Shown one piece after another: positions 38,673 to 52,283 of a DNA stretch of 64,000 nt. The number at the start of each line of letters is the position of its first letter. The stretch's first letter is position 1. The DNA is from Lytechinus pictus (lineage: Eukaryota): NCBI RefSeq assembly GCF_037042905.1, contig NC_087254.1, positions 28,396,001 to 28,460,000 on the forward strand, in the 5' to 3' direction. A program made the position numbers and the translations under genes. The notes beneath the pieces are model-generated. The model ran no database searches, was not told where the DNA came from, and saw only the letters and a program-made list of their open reading frames with translations.

Positions 38673-38737
38673 GTGACCCACGGTTTCATTTTGACCAGGA
38701 AGGAGACTTGGGTTCTGGAAAGTCATCCTCAAATGAC
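38673..38737 (+). CDS. ZnF-TTF gene exon 5
   Basis: TTTTTAG| ... GAC|GTAAGT, phase 1-0, GDPRFHFDQEGDLGSGKSSSND. Confidence 0.75.
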
Positions 38738-38883
38738 GTAAGTTTTGAATCGCCATTTTAAGCCCAATAAATGAGTTCAGTAATCATTCAAAATTCATGA
38801 TTACCTTTCAATCAATTTTTTTTTCTTCACTGAAGAACATGTTTGAGGTTTTAACGTACCAACAACTAATGTATACAGTTTAT

Positions 38884-39083
38884 ACAGTGGTGACTGGTGA
38901 CAGCGGTGGGATAAGGACATGGTGGCAATCATAGAATGTTTCTTACGTTGAGTTCATTAGCTCATCAAGCACTTTGTGAAGATTGTTTAACTGACAGTGG
39001 TGACTGGTGAAAGCGATGGGATAAGGACATGATTGCGATCATAAAAAGGTTCTTTATTTAGTTCATAGCTCATCAAGCACCTT
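38884..39083. repeat. Intronic tandem duplication, about 111-bp period, 2 copies
   Basis: ACAGTGGTGACTGGTGA...TAGCTCATCAAGCAC occurs twice. Confidence 0.75.
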
Positions 39084-39341
39084 GGCTGCGTCAACATTGA
39101 AATCTTAACCTAAGGTTAAGTGTTTGAAATGATATCATAACATAGAAAGTATATGGATCTAGTTCATGAAACTTAGACGTAATGGTAATCAAGTATAACT
39201 GAACATCCTGCCCATGTCCTAGGAAGTGCCATTTATTCACTGAGATTGATATTTTAGTTTATTGCTTGTGTTTGGCTGTTTTTCTTCTCATTGTTATTCT
39301 CATGTTCTGTTTTGTATATTTTTTTAATCTTAAAAACCCAG

Positions 39342-39521
39342 TCCCAATGGAAACAGCTGGCAGAATCATTTTTAACAAAGTATAACCAACTCAGTGAGGC
39401 CCACTCAATTATGATGAAGCAATTCCAGAGTAAGATTGCCAAACTAGAGAGTAAGTGTAAGGAGCTTGAAGAGTCACGTTCGTCCAGACAGAGGGCACCA
39501 GCCGGCAACTCAAATCAAGAG
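39342..39521 (+). CDS. ZnF-TTF gene exon 6 (coiled coil)
   Basis: ACCCAG| ... GAG|GTTCGT, phase 0-0. WKQLAESFLTKYNQLSEAHSIMMKQFQSKIAKLESKCKELEE shows a heptad pattern. Confidence 0.8.
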
Positions 39522-39612
39522 GTTCGTTCAGATAGCTTTAGAGGTCTTTCGTTGCAATCAACAATAGTGTTCTTCAAATAGAAAACATCATGACAACATC
39601 ACATACCTTTAA

Positions 39613-40199
39613 AGGTCAAGTCCAACCCAGAAAAATGTTGATTTTAATAAATAAAGAAAAATCAAACAAGCATTGTGCTGAAAATTTCATCAAAATCGGA
39701 TGTAAAATAAGAAAGTTATGACATTTTAAAGTTTTGCATATTTTTCACAAAACAGTGATATGCAAATTAGACAGTCGATGATGTCCTTCACTCACTTTTT
39801 CTTTTGTTTTTTATTGTTTGAATTATACAATTTTTAACTTTTTACTGATTTGACAAAAAGGACCAAATTAACTTAACCATATAATTCTAAACAATGCTAA
39901 TTCCACATGTTCCAGGAGGAATTAATCATTGTTTCACTTGACAATGAGAAGAAAAGTAGAATATTTCTATTTCATATAAAAGATACAAAAGAAATTGTGA
40001 GTGGATGACATCATCAGTCTTCTCATTTGCATACCGACCGGGATGTGCATATGACTCTTTAGTGAAATTGAGCAAAACTTTAAAATGTCATAACTTTCTT
40101 TATTTTACATCTGATTTACATGAAAATTTTAGTGTTATGCTTGTTGGATTTGTCTCTTTATTTATTCAAATCAACATTTTGTCGGGTTGGACTTGTCCT
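39613..40199. mobile_element. Kolobok/T2-like MITE, family A, in intron 6
   Basis: TTAA|AGGTCAAGTCCAACCC...GGGTTGGACTTGTCCT|TTAA. Confidence 0.85.
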
Positions 40200-40572
40200 T
40201 TAAGGAATTCACAAAGCAGGACAAATTTATGTATTTATCTGTACCTAGAAATTAATAATGTAAACAAGTATTTACTTGTAGTTGAAAAAAATGTCACTAG
40301 ATTATTACTATTGCTATGAGAATATGATTTGTTGGATAATTTGCAATCATAATTCACAATCTCATACACAAATTTCTCCAAGATGTTCAGTTCAGTTAAG
40401 GAGATATTGAGATTTTTGTCAATTTGCTATTTCATGACATTTCCTATTTTCTCTTTTGATTTAGTTATTTGATCAAACAAGACATCAAGATTTAAGGTCT
40501 TAAGTTGTATTGGATCATTTGTTCAGCCTTCAAAATTAAACTGAATTTTTTTTATTGATTTGTAATTATTAG

Positions 40573-41262
40573 AATCAGGATGGCATTCCAGGGCAAAAGG
40601 AAGCTTCGGGAAGCTCGCAATCATCCCCAAGGATCAACATGTACAGCTCAGTGATCGTACTGCAACTACAGGGTCAGGAGCCAATCAACATCAGTAGCAC
40701 TTCAGACAACAACTTCAGTGCGGTCCAGGAGAGCCTGTCACAAAGTGGCATCCACATATCCCTAGGAGCAAGTAACATTCCAAATACCTTGGAAGAACAG
40801 GTCAGTAACCTTTCAAGACCAGTTCAAAGGTCATTATCAAAGGCGGGATCACCTACAACATCCTCAGAGACAACAGCAGTCATATCTGATAATGTAAGTA
40901 GGTATAGTAGAGCCAGAGACTCAAACCAGGTGTCAGGAGTGGGATCGACTGTCCAGAATGAATCGGAAATCCAGCATTCTGGCCATGAGAACCTGTCATC
41001 AGACAGACGTGGTTACCTGATGGGAAATGGAGTAGCTGATGGTTCAGCCCCCTCTGAGTGTCAACCCCCTGCTCCTGGTAGAACTGATAGCACATCCCAT
41101 AATGCGGCCAATGACCTCAGTTGTGATAGTGTATCACACAGTAATAATCCAGCAGTCGCGTTGCGTGACTCTTTAAGTGATTGTACGGTAGATCAGCATT
41201 CTGATGAACATGAAAAAATAGCATCTACTAGTGCCTCCTCAACTGCAGATGACATGGTATAA
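40573..41262 (+). CDS. ZnF-TTF gene exon 7 (terminal, Ser-rich low complexity)
   Basis: TTATTAG|AATCAG, phase 0, in frame with ORF 40639-41262 and ending in TAA. The joined CDS is 2316 nt. Confidence 0.75.
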   Translation, partial: NQDGIPGQKEASGSSQSSPRINMYSSVIVLQLQGQEPINISSTSDNNFSAVQESLSQSGIHISLGASNIPNTLEEQVSNLSRPVQRSLSKAGSPTTSSETTAVISDNVSRYSRARDSNQVSGVGSTVQNESEIQHSGHENLSSDRRGYLMGNGVADGSAPSECQPPAPGRTDSTSHNAANDLSCDSVSHSNNPAVALRDSLSDCTVDQHSDEHEKIASTSASSTADDMV

Positions 41263-42468
41263 AATTAGTAAAATTTATTGTTATTTTTATGTGCTGCACC
41301 AAGATTTTTCACCACATTTATACACAAAAAAAAAAGAATCTGATCCAATTTCTTAGAGATCTAAACCCAACTGAAGTTTGTTTTAAAAAAAGTCTCATAT
41401 AATTTTTAGGGAAAATTAAAGATTTGGTACAATCATAAAATACATGCGAAGAAGATGAGATCTTACATCAGGTCTAATGTACATTGCACAAAATTAATAC
41501 AATATCTAAACTGTAAAAAATTTAGGACCCCAGAATTTTGCTTAATTTCTTTCTTGTTTTTTGGTATGAAATTATTTCTCAGGTATGGAATGGGATATGA
41601 ATTTTCAGGATAAAATCAAATTTACTGTATAAGCTTTTTTGACAAAAGGTAACTTGACTTTCACGAAAAATTTCAAAAGGCCTTATTGAAAATTAATATT
41701 ACCAAGAGAGAATGGGTTAAGTCATATTGCCCAAATTCTTTGAATGTTAAACCTCATACCAGTTACTGAGAGTATCAAGGAAGATTTAAAACATGTATAC
41801 TTCCATAAAATTTATGAATTGATGTCTTTTTATATTAGAGTTGTGTTTATTTAAAGCTATATAGGACAATCATCAATTGAGAAGTCAATATTGTTGTAAA
41901 TATGGAGATCACTACTGCCCTCATTAGTTCACATTTGGAAAGGTAACCAATGTCATCTCCTTGTTCAGAACTTTGGAAGGTATATCATCTGTGGGTTGTT
42001 AGGAAAATTGAAAAGATATAGATATATTTAGTGCAGCTAATAAAATTAGAAAAAAATACTAATGTTGGACATTGTCTGAAAGGAATCCCTTAAAACACTT
42101 TATGGAATAGATAATTTTATCTATTCATTTTCATGATACATAAGCACATCTTTCCGCATTCTCCTTTTTTTCATTTTCGCATTTGTTCACCTTTTTTTAC
42201 CCTTCTGTTCTTATTCTCCTCTTTTTTTTACTTTTTTTTTTCTCTTTTCCCTTTTATTTATTGTTAAATTTCCCTCTTATTCTCTCCTCATTGAGTTTCT
42301 CTTTTATCTTTTCTGCACAAATAAAAGAGTTGTCCACTTTTTTTTCCTTGGCAGTGACACCCATTCATTTGCTTATGTTTGCAGAGATAATGTTTTTTCT
42401 TGCTGTCATTTAAGTATTAATAGTTAGATATAGATACTTTAGAATTTGGAAATGTAAGGATTACTTTG

Positions 42469-43452
42469 AAGGACAAGACCACTTCACCAGGAGGATGAAT
42501 GACTAAAGAAATATGAATTAGATAGGCATAGCATTGCAAATTTCATCAATATTTCTAATTTATTTATTTCTTATTTATTTTAAAGGGAAAAATTATTGTT
42601 GTTGTTGTTGTTGTTGCTGTTGTTATTGTTGTCATTATTAGTTATTTATTATTATTATATTGCCATCCTGGTAACTATGCAAATTAGGAAGCTGATGATG
42701 GCATACTCACTATATCTTTTCTATTTCGGTACATGAAATATTTGAAAAGAAAAAAAATCAATATATTCGTTGATATGAGGATATCCACGATATAATGGTA
42801 ATAATGATTCTACATTTACCATGAGAAATCATACCAAATATGCAAAGGCGGAAATTTCTCCCCAAAGGCACGGGGGACCCGGGGAGCGTTTCATCAATAT
42901 TTTCATCCGACAAGTTGTCAGACCTGACATTTTCCCATGATTTTGATTGGCTGAGAGGCACTGTTCCTATGGTAACTGTCGGATAAAATGGGACTTGTCG
43001 GATAAAACGTCAGACAAGTCCTTTCATGAAACGCCCCCCAGGGGTTGGAAAATTTGACAAGCAAAAAAAAAAAAAAGGGTAATCACCCGAAAAGTAACAT
43101 CATCTCGTCCAAAATACATGTTTTATTTCGATTTTGAATGATGTATTTCTTTCCACCAAAAAAAGTAGGGGGGACATTTGATATTCTGTCCCCCTAGGAT
43201 TTCCGCCCATGCAAATATGAGATTATTAGAGAAAAAATCATATGAAATACAAAAAAAGTGAGTGTGTGACTATGACATCATTAAATCTTTAATTTGCCTG
43301 TCTTTTGTGTGCATGTCACGGATCTCTGCGCATAACAAAGTTTAATGTGTCACAACTTCCTTTTGCATCAAAATTTTTATGAAGTTTTTAGTGGTTTATG
43401 ATAATTGATTTTCTAGATTTCATTCAGATCAACCTATGTTGAGATGGACTTA
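42469..43452. mobile_element. Nested insertion: eroded Kolobok/T2-like MITE containing a G/C-tract element (42846-43208), which contains the 157-bp MITE (42882-43038)
   Basis: The outer AAGGACAAGACCAC...ATGGACTT has family A-like interior blocks. The middle element reads GGCGGAAAT...ATTTCCGCC. The inner copy matches 5290-5446. Confidence 0.65.
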
Positions 43453-43749
43453 AACCGTCATATATTTAATAAGTAGGATACCATTAGATATTAAGTAAAG
43501 CAAATAATAAATATTAGGGCCCTGTGGAGTCGGGAGATATATAGATTGCTTTCATGATATAAGAGGTGAGTTTATTTCATATGAAATGTTGTCATAGCAG
43601 TATTTATTTAATAAATATTAGATGGATGTATATACAAGAGTAAATTTCTGCACATACAGCATATATTATATATTCAGGACACAATATAAAACCTTGTGTC
43701 ATGTACTAACATATATGATGATTAAAAATTTAGTATGCTTTATCAATTT

Positions 43750-44018
43750 NNNNNNNNNNNNNNNNNNNNNNNNNNNNNNNNNNNNNNNNNNNNNNNNNNN
43801 NNNNNNNNNNNNNNNNNNNNNNNNNNNNNNNNNNNNNNNNNNNNNNNNNNNNNNNNNNNNNNNNNNNNNNNNNNNNNNNNNNNNNNNNNNNNNNNNNNNN
43901 NNNNNNNNNNNNNNNNNNNNNNNNNNNNNNNNNNNNNNNNNNNNNNNNNNNNNNNNNNNNNNNNNNNNNNNNNNNNNNNNNNNNNNNNNNNNNNNNNNNN
44001 NNNNNNNNNNNNNNNNNN
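43750..44018. other. Assembly gap
   Basis: Run of N. Confidence 1.
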
Positions 44019-44672
44019 AAGGGCGAAGTCTATGAATGGGTTTATTCCGTCATAATACACATATAGACGTAAAGACGAAGGTAGAGGGCGTTAAGGCGCA
44101 TTACGAACATTGAAAGAAGACAAAAAAATCTGCCTTAAACACAGATGTAGAGAAATATATATGTATGATATACATCATATATGTATATATCATATACATC
44201 GTCTTGCCACTTGTGATGATAAAGTGAATTTATGAAATGATCGCCTGTTGTATTTTGTATGGTCTGTACAGTATGGGGGCTTTTTGACATGAGAAAGATC
44301 TTTCAATGTATATTGATTATTTTTGTAATACTTTTTATTGGAATATACACCCATCTCTTTAATAAAGAAGGCCAGAATAATAATTCTTCAGTAATTATTT
44401 AACATTGCATTTGTTGTGTCATATGGGCATTATCTCATATATGATTGCTAGCAAAAACAAATGCTTACACAGAATTAAGGACTTAATTTCAAAAGCAAAG
44501 TAAATAATTTTACTTAATAAAAATTGTTAATTTCATAAACAATACACATACATTAAGCTTATTAATAAGAATCTAATTTAAAGGTTTCCACAAAGAAAAA
44601 TTGCAAAAAGACCTTTTTTTCAACAAAATTAATACAGTAATTGCTTTTTCTGGTAAGCATTTGGAGACTTAA

Positions 44673-45415
44673 CCCTAAAAGGACTGGGCTATTTGAGACG
44701 TATTGAGGACTGGGGGGCATGGTGGCCCCCTCTTCTGATCTCGGCCGCCGTTCGCGCGATCGCGCCGAAATTTGGCATGCACATTCTTTACCACATAAAC
44801 TACAAGCTAGTTTTTTAAAAAATTCTGAAAATTTTAATTTTTTAATTATGAATAAAATATGCAAATTTATTCATGAAAAACCTTATTTGCATATTTAACA
44901 CCCTATTTCAATTCAAATTTTCTTTTTTTGCAGATGTCATCTTTTTTATCTAATTTAAAGGTTTCCACAAAGAAAAATTGCAAAAGTCAATTTTTTCCTT
45001 ATGTATTTCTTTGTTTTTAGAATTTCTTATGTATTTCTTTGTTTTTTCATCTTTTGTTTTTCATTGTTTTTTTCAATGGAAATTATAACAGACCATTTAA
45101 CAACTAAATTAACCCTAAATCAATTCAGCAGACCAATTAGAATGAAAAATAATCACCCTTTTATGAATTTCATCTCCCATAGATTTTGTACACAAAGTAT
45201 AAAAATGAGCCATTTTCGGCATGACATTGCATCGTAAAAAGTCACGTGACGTCGCGGTGGTATACCCGTATGTCGCGAATTTGGTCTCAAAAGTTGCGCA
45301 AGACTTCAAAGAAAAAGTCACGAAATTTTGCGGCGCTATCTCTTTGCGTTTTGGAAATATCGCGCGAAGCGTCGAGGGGGAGCCATCATGCCCCCCCCCC
45401 CCAGTCCTTTTAGGG
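44673..45415. mobile_element. piggyBac-like non-autonomous element
   Basis: TTAA|CCCTAAAAGGACTGGG...CCCAGTCCTTTTAGGG|TTAA has perfect TIRs, CCC/GGG termini and a TTAA TSD. Confidence 0.85.
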
Positions 45416-48400
45416 TTAAGTAGGTTTCGGAGAATCATTTATGAGAAGTGTTTTGATTTGTTTTAATATTGTCTTTTCCCTCTTTTTGATCTCCCCCTTA
45501 CCCACATATCTCCTATCCCCTTCTGTTTCTTGTACTTTCATGGTTCTATCTGTATGAATCTCTCTTTGAGTTGCATTGCTCATACATTTGTATCTTTACA
45601 GAATGAGATTCAGCACTTTTTATTTCTTATCTGTATGGATGTTAGCTTACTGGATCCGGCCACTCTGAGTTTCACTCTGAATTGCTGGGATTTTGAATAA
45701 ATCCAGATGGACTGTAGTAAGGGAACAATCGAATTCTGGATTTAGTTTTAATCCTAACGATTCATTTGCAAATCTCAAAGGATTTAATTTCAAATCCTCG
45801 AGATTTGAAAAGGTGGTTTTTTTTGGGGGGGGTACAACTCAATCCAGGATTCAATACAGTCCACCTGGATTTATTTCAAATAATTGCAATTTTGGATTCT
45901 CTGTACAAACACACAAAAATTACGCTCCTGCTGGCTGATTGGGAAGATTCCTATATATGCTCATAGATGAGTTTATATCTGATTTTCGACAAAACTTGGT
46001 CAAAGTGGGGAAAATGGTATACAATGACTGGAACACTTTCGCCATGTATATTGTTGTCATTTATATTCATCGTAATCTAGGCAGATTGATTCATTCTGCA
46101 TTTGTTTCTAACATGAATTAGTTCAAAACGAAACAAAGATGACATTTTCACGCGATTTGATGGTTATTTATTGCTTTTATTTGTACACGTCAATGTTAAA
46201 ATGATCTATGATACGAAATTTACACACGCTTCATAATGTACATGGATGCGTTTGAACATGGACAGAGACAGGTCTGTTTTCATGACACATGCATATACAT
46301 TAACACAATCATTTGCAAAGTATAGTTACAAAGGCGCAAAACGAAACAACCACATATTTGTAGCATTGCTTGTATTAAATTCATATTAATTAGTTGTGCA
46401 AAATTACCCTCACGAGATGGCAGGAAATATTCTTGGATGTGTTAAGTTTTGAAGAACCTCTCTCTTAAACCTAAGCATTTGCAACCCGAACGACCCCTTC
46501 CCTGAAAATCGTTTCATTGCCGTCGATCGATTGCAATAATTTATTAATATTTTGCATGAATTTTGGGGGGCATCTGCCAAAAAATTATAGTTCATTTTTG
46601 TGCTTTGTGTACAAAGTCATATAATGGAAGAATTTGTCTGCTTAATTTATTATGGGGAAATTTCAGAATATTTAGAGTGGGTCTATAATTTCAGAGTTTG
46701 GCAAGCCTCGGACAAGCTTTCAAGTTACAAGCAAAAATGTAAGAATTGTCTTTAAAATCTACTCAATGTTGAGTAAAACGGTCTATAAAATTGTGGGGGT
46801 TCCATCATGGTAAGAAAAAAATACATGCACTGGCAGCATTTGTAAGATACAAATATATAAGATGCTCTGATATATTGGCACGAAGATGACGATTGAAAAT
46901 TTTGTTATTTACAAAAATATACATTATTACACAGATGAATACACAATAAAATATCTTATTGAGTAATGCATATTCAAATCTTTCATGCAGCGTTTTAATT
47001 GATTACTGTGCTTTTTACAGAGTAATCGATATCTCCTCTTGTTCAAGTGTTGAAATCATTTAGTATTTCACAAATTAAAAGCTGTCGTTTCATTGTTGAA
47101 TTACAAGTTTTCAAGTTTCCAAGATGTCCTTATAGGCTGTATCAAGACCTAAGATCATTGAAAAATAATCCAGAGACCTACGAAAGGCAAAACTGATACA
47201 AGTTTAAGATCATCCATATCAAAATCTCAGAGATTGACCAAGGGGCCTTGGAGTGAGTTCTGTTGATAAACAAAGAATTTATCAGTGTAAAGAAGGAATT
47301 TAATGAATTGATTTGTTTTTCTTGAGAATATAAGCAGTCTTACTCTAAACCCAACATGATCGTCTGCTGAATTATTACCATCTTGAGGTGGATTGTTTCC
47401 GACCGTATCCACTCTAGCAGTAACTTTAGGATAGAGTTCAACTTCAAATAATTCATTATTATGCCTTTGTTTCAATTCAAGCGAATCAATCTGTTCATTA
47501 TATTAAATCATGAACATGGGTAAAACAGGGTGGAACACACGTGTACTGCAGAGGAAAGTTCAAATTGAAGTTTATACACTCATCTATGTGTACACTCATT
47601 TAATATGCGTATATAGACAATGCGAAATGTTGGTTGTCATCAAATTCATAAAAGATACTCGATATGACAAATCTTCATTTACTTTGTGTGAAAAAAAATC
47701 CAGACTGTAATATTTGTATAGATTTATTAGCGTATCTTTTCTGCAATTTAGTGCCATATTTCTCTGGTCAGTTCAGCCTTTCGTTTATCCAAGATGGTCG
47801 AATCGATCAAATTCTTTATTAAAACTTCGACCTTGCCCTTATCTCTTTCCAACAAAATTGAATGCATACTTCTAAGGATTCAAATCCTATTTCAAAACTC
47901 TAATGATAATTTTATGAAAAGTTTGATGAGATGACAGAAAAACCTTTGGTATAGATCGTGCCAGAAAATCTCTAAACTTGGTCCAATATTCGCTATGCTG
48001 TTCAGAATGATATTCTCACCTTTATCTTTTATACACATCCTACCCTCCGAGCTGCACTTTTTAAACGAAATTCCAGATGTATTAATTTTAATCATAATCA
48101 AAATGACTGAGAACGTATGGCCTTCGGAAATTTGGCGGCCCATCTCTGTCAGTATCAAATTATCATACACTGAATTTCAGCTTTGGAGTCGTACACAAAA
48201 TTGCATTTTTTTTTTTACAATTGTGTACTGTCGCGCAGGTAGGAAATTTCGAAATATCACATTCCCAGAGTCCAGACGCCACAAATACGTTCCAAAAAGA
48301 TACTAAAACAGGGGGTAAATCCTCCCCTCCCCAGCCTCTTAAGAGTAAACGATCGTTTCTCGTTTTTTTTTAAACATTCGATAACGGACATCCCATTGTC

Positions 48401-48528
48401 ACTGCAGCCTGATTATGTACAAAATCAACCAAAACATTTCTTGTTAATCATCTGATATAGTTCACTGGTCCGGTTTCTTATCTATTCCTTGCTATTATAT
48501 TTCAAATCCGCATGATCGCAAATCGTGG

Positions 48529-49420
48529 TTAAAGTTCATCAAAACTGTCAAGCAAATCTTTTAATTGCTCTACCGCTGATTTCTCGACACCTTTCTCAGT
48601 TAATTCGGCTTCTATGTTCTCTTGTGGTTCATTAACATTGTCGTATTCGCTATCAGCACCGTCGCCAACGAAGTCATCGTCATCCTCGTCATCGCTATCT
48701 TCGTCGAGGATTTTTTGAAGATTGATCATGGCGGATGATTTGACCAAACCTGATGTATAATATTCTTCCTCATCTTCTTGTGGCAGCTCCATTTCATCTT
48801 CCTCTTGCTCGTCATCGTTCACAGGTTCAACTTCGTCCTCGTCTTCACGCGGTGGGACATCGTAGATATCCTCATCGATACGCGGAGGTTCGTCATAAAT
48901 CTGCTCATCCTCGAACAGGCGCTGTTTCTTTGATCGACTTAACCCAGACGACGCCGGCGCTGGTACTGGAGGTGGTATTAACGATGGTGACTTCGAAGTA
49001 ATTCCGTCAACCTCATCTCGAACCTCATTCCCGTTTGAAAGAGATTTCGACGCCCCGTTTTCGACATCACCATCGGACGCCGTGTTCGCGCTCGATGTCA
49101 AGTCCAAATTTCTAACATCGTGTGATCCCTGTCCGCTGTCGTCGCTTGCCCGACTCTTTCCACTGGCGTTCATACTACCGCCGTCGATTGTGTCTTCACG
49201 TACAGTCTGTGGGTTGTTCGTGGTCGTTGACGACGACGGTTTATTAGACACGAAGACGTCGTCGTTTTCAACGTCCATGTTTCCGATGGGGATACCCTGA
49301 TAGTCGGGTGTTTCGCTTGGGTCACATTCTACACCCGATGATTTGCGCTGCTGACCAGATCTCTTGCTGTCCTGCATGTATTTCTTGATCTGAGAGAGCT
49401 TCCTCGCTCCTGTACTGCTC
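48529..49420 (-). CDS. PH-domain adaptor gene, long terminal exon (acidic disordered tail with YDEP, YDVP, YDNV)
   Basis: Acceptor TTTCATTGACAG|G, phase 2, in frame with ORF 48529-49377. GC-rich, with a TAA stop. Confidence 0.85.
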
Positions 49421-50128
49421 CTGTCAATGAAACAAAAATTTTATTCGTCAATTTCTTATTTTTTTTTTCAATTAGAGTAGTTCAAAAATAAATGCATGTA
49501 AACTATTAGAATATTTGGTTACAAAATTAAATTTGAATGTTTTTTAGTTAAACGTGGAATTTCGAAAATATTTATCATATCAACACGTTGATAACAACCC
49601 GATAAGATTATTGTATTCATGCGATGGTTTCAATAATTTCCACTATAGGGTAATGGATTTGCAATGAACTGAAAATGATGTCACCTTTCACAATTGCTTT
49701 CTAAATGATGATGTAGACATATTTTTATTTAAAAACAATGGCTCACATTCATCCATCTTATTAAACGGAATGGAAAGAGACAAGGGGAAAGGTCATCGAA
49801 GATAGTCCCGGGCCATGACACCACACGAAACCTAATAGATATGGTGGCCACACGCACGTGACTAATAAATGAATCATTTTATCAGTTATGACGATATGAA
49901 GTGGACACCGTCACAACCACTAGAATTTAAAAGTTTAAGCCCATGCCGTCAGGTGCTATAACAGGCAATCCCCTGGTCATATAGGCACCAACACATTCCC
50001 CTGTAGGCTGTAGTTCATTGCCAAGTTGCGCCCTTTCTGAGGGCGTTGTTGGATTACTGTTCTGGGGTGATAGAGGGGCTGTCCGATAGTTTCCATTTTG
50101 TTCGGATCAACCTACGGAAAACATTCAT

Positions 50129-50210
50129 TCATTCTTCAATAGGGGCGATCAAAGGATCGGAGGTCATTGTTATTATCCAATTGTCAGGATCGACCCACTT
50201 TGAATATAAC
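50129..50210 (-). CDS. PH-domain gene, candidate alternative short terminal exon
   Basis: Acceptor CCACTTCCAG|G is compatible with the phase-2 donor and reads RLYSKWVDPDNWIITMTSDPLIAPIEE*. Confidence 0.45.
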
Positions 50211-50332
50211 CTGGAAGTGGTGTTTGAATTAAGCGGGGTTATTCAGTAACACGTACGCCCCTTTATTTTGACGGTGAACATGGTGAACGAGGAGTTAACA
50301 TTCAGGGTGTCTTAGGCGCGGGGCTTATATCT

Positions 50333-50745
50333 TCGATTCGTCTAATGCCAATTCGTCCAATTGCCAACTCGTCTACTATCATTTGGTCTACCATCAGTTC
50401 GTCCACTATCCACATGGTCTAATTGCCAATTCGTCCACTCACCATTTCGTCTAATAACAAATTGGTCCAATAGCCATTTAGTCCACATACCTCTTAGTCT
50501 AATTGGACTAAGTGTTCATTGTGCAAAATGAATGGAAATAAAATGGATATTAGACCAACTGGTTATGAGGCGAAATGGTGATTAGACGAAGTGATGATTG
50601 GACCAAATGGTTATTGGACCATATGGTTGTTAGACGAAATGATAGTTGTTAGACGAAATGTTGATGGACGGAATGGCATTAGACTAAATGAAAGTAGACC
50701 ATTTGGTGAGTGGACGAAATGACAGTAGACGAATTGGCAATTTAC
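50333..50745. mobile_element. Foldback-like repeat (copy 2 of 3)
   Basis: GCCAATTCGTCCAATTGCCAACTCGTCTAC...GTAGACGAATTGGCAATT. Confidence 0.75.
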
Positions 50746-51806
50746 CTTAGGCGGGGATGGTTAATTACATTAAAGTACTACAGAGAGTGCTGGGTTGACA
50801 TGCACAAAAATATGTTTTCCAGAACGCATCCTCAATCCAAAGCCCTACTTTGAAAATAGGTTTTAAATAATTAAAGAACTCTCATTTTCGATAACTACCA
50901 GATGATTCCTTGTCAAATATATTCTCACTTTCAGCAAAATGAATCTTAATATTGCTCGCATGATCATGCAATGTAAAACGCTGGAGTAAAATTTCAAGCA
51001 CGTTGTTTAAGCCCGTCACTCTAACAACAAGTTGTTTAAACCAGGATTTTTACAAATTTTTGAAATTGTTAAAACTGTTTGTAAACAACTTGGTTAACAC
51101 CACAATTTATTTAAAAATTTAACAGATCGAATGCAGCAGAAACACTGGTCAGTATTTGCTTGTGTGGAATATGTAGAATAGACATACCCCAAAAACACCT
51201 CTGTCAAGGTGTAACATTTGCTCCACGTGCAAGGCCTCTTGACAGGCGTTCATACCTTGACACTATCCTACATTCTACTCTTAATACACTCATGATACAC
51301 CCCATCTGGATATTAATCCAACCCCCTGGAAGTGAAAAATTGATCCATAAGCCGTGCAAAATTGAACGACAGCTGATCCGCAGTGATTCAAACTAGCATG
51401 CCATCATATTCAATAAAGTTCGGTAGGTGGATGATAATCACGAAATGCACCAAAAGCGGTCTAGGTTTGATGTTTATGGTTTATGTTGGTCTTTCGCGGT
51501 GATGTAAAGAGACAGATTCTCAACACATACACTTAGTATTCCCCCTTTTATTTATACTTCAAATTTTGGAAGGGAACAAAGATAATTCGATAATAAATTA
51601 TCATTGTGTGAGATATAGACCATATCCCATATATAGCTCAATAACTATAATGCGAGGGGTTTGATTTTTAAGGGGGTGGTAGCCAGTGACACAATCATTA
51701 TTATAAGCGATACAAATAAGAGAAATTCCAGGGGGGCCGGGGTAATATTAATAGCAGGGCCGACTGGGAGAACAGTTTTCGGAACTGAAGTGGCTATTAT
51801 ACCCTG

Positions 51807-52034
51807 NNNNNNNNNNNNNNNNNNNNNNNNNNNNNNNNNNNNNNNNNNNNNNNNNNNNNNNNNNNNNNNNNNNNNNNNNNNNNNNNNNNNNNNNNNNNNN
51901 NNNNNNNNNNNNNNNNNNNNNNNNNNNNNNNNNNNNNNNNNNNNNNNNNNNNNNNNNNNNNNNNNNNNNNNNNNNNNNNNNNNNNNNNNNNNNNNNNNNN
52001 NNNNNNNNNNNNNNNNNNNNNNNNNNNNNNNNNN
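51807..52034. other. Assembly gap
   Basis: Run of N. Confidence 1.
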
Positions 52035-52283
52035 GGGTGGATCCACTTGCTGAAAAGAGGAATTTTTTAAGGGAATCTCCAACATGCATGCCAAATTGAT
52101 ATTATCAACCAAAGACTGTTTGAAAATGATTCACAATAATAAATAATAACGTAGCAAACCTTCATGATGCTAGCAGCCCCCCCCCCCCCCCCTGTTCGGA
52201 AACACATTTTCGAAAAACCCAGCAATACAAACGCCAGTGACAATATTTCCATGAATATTAGATAGCTAACCATGCACATTTAC

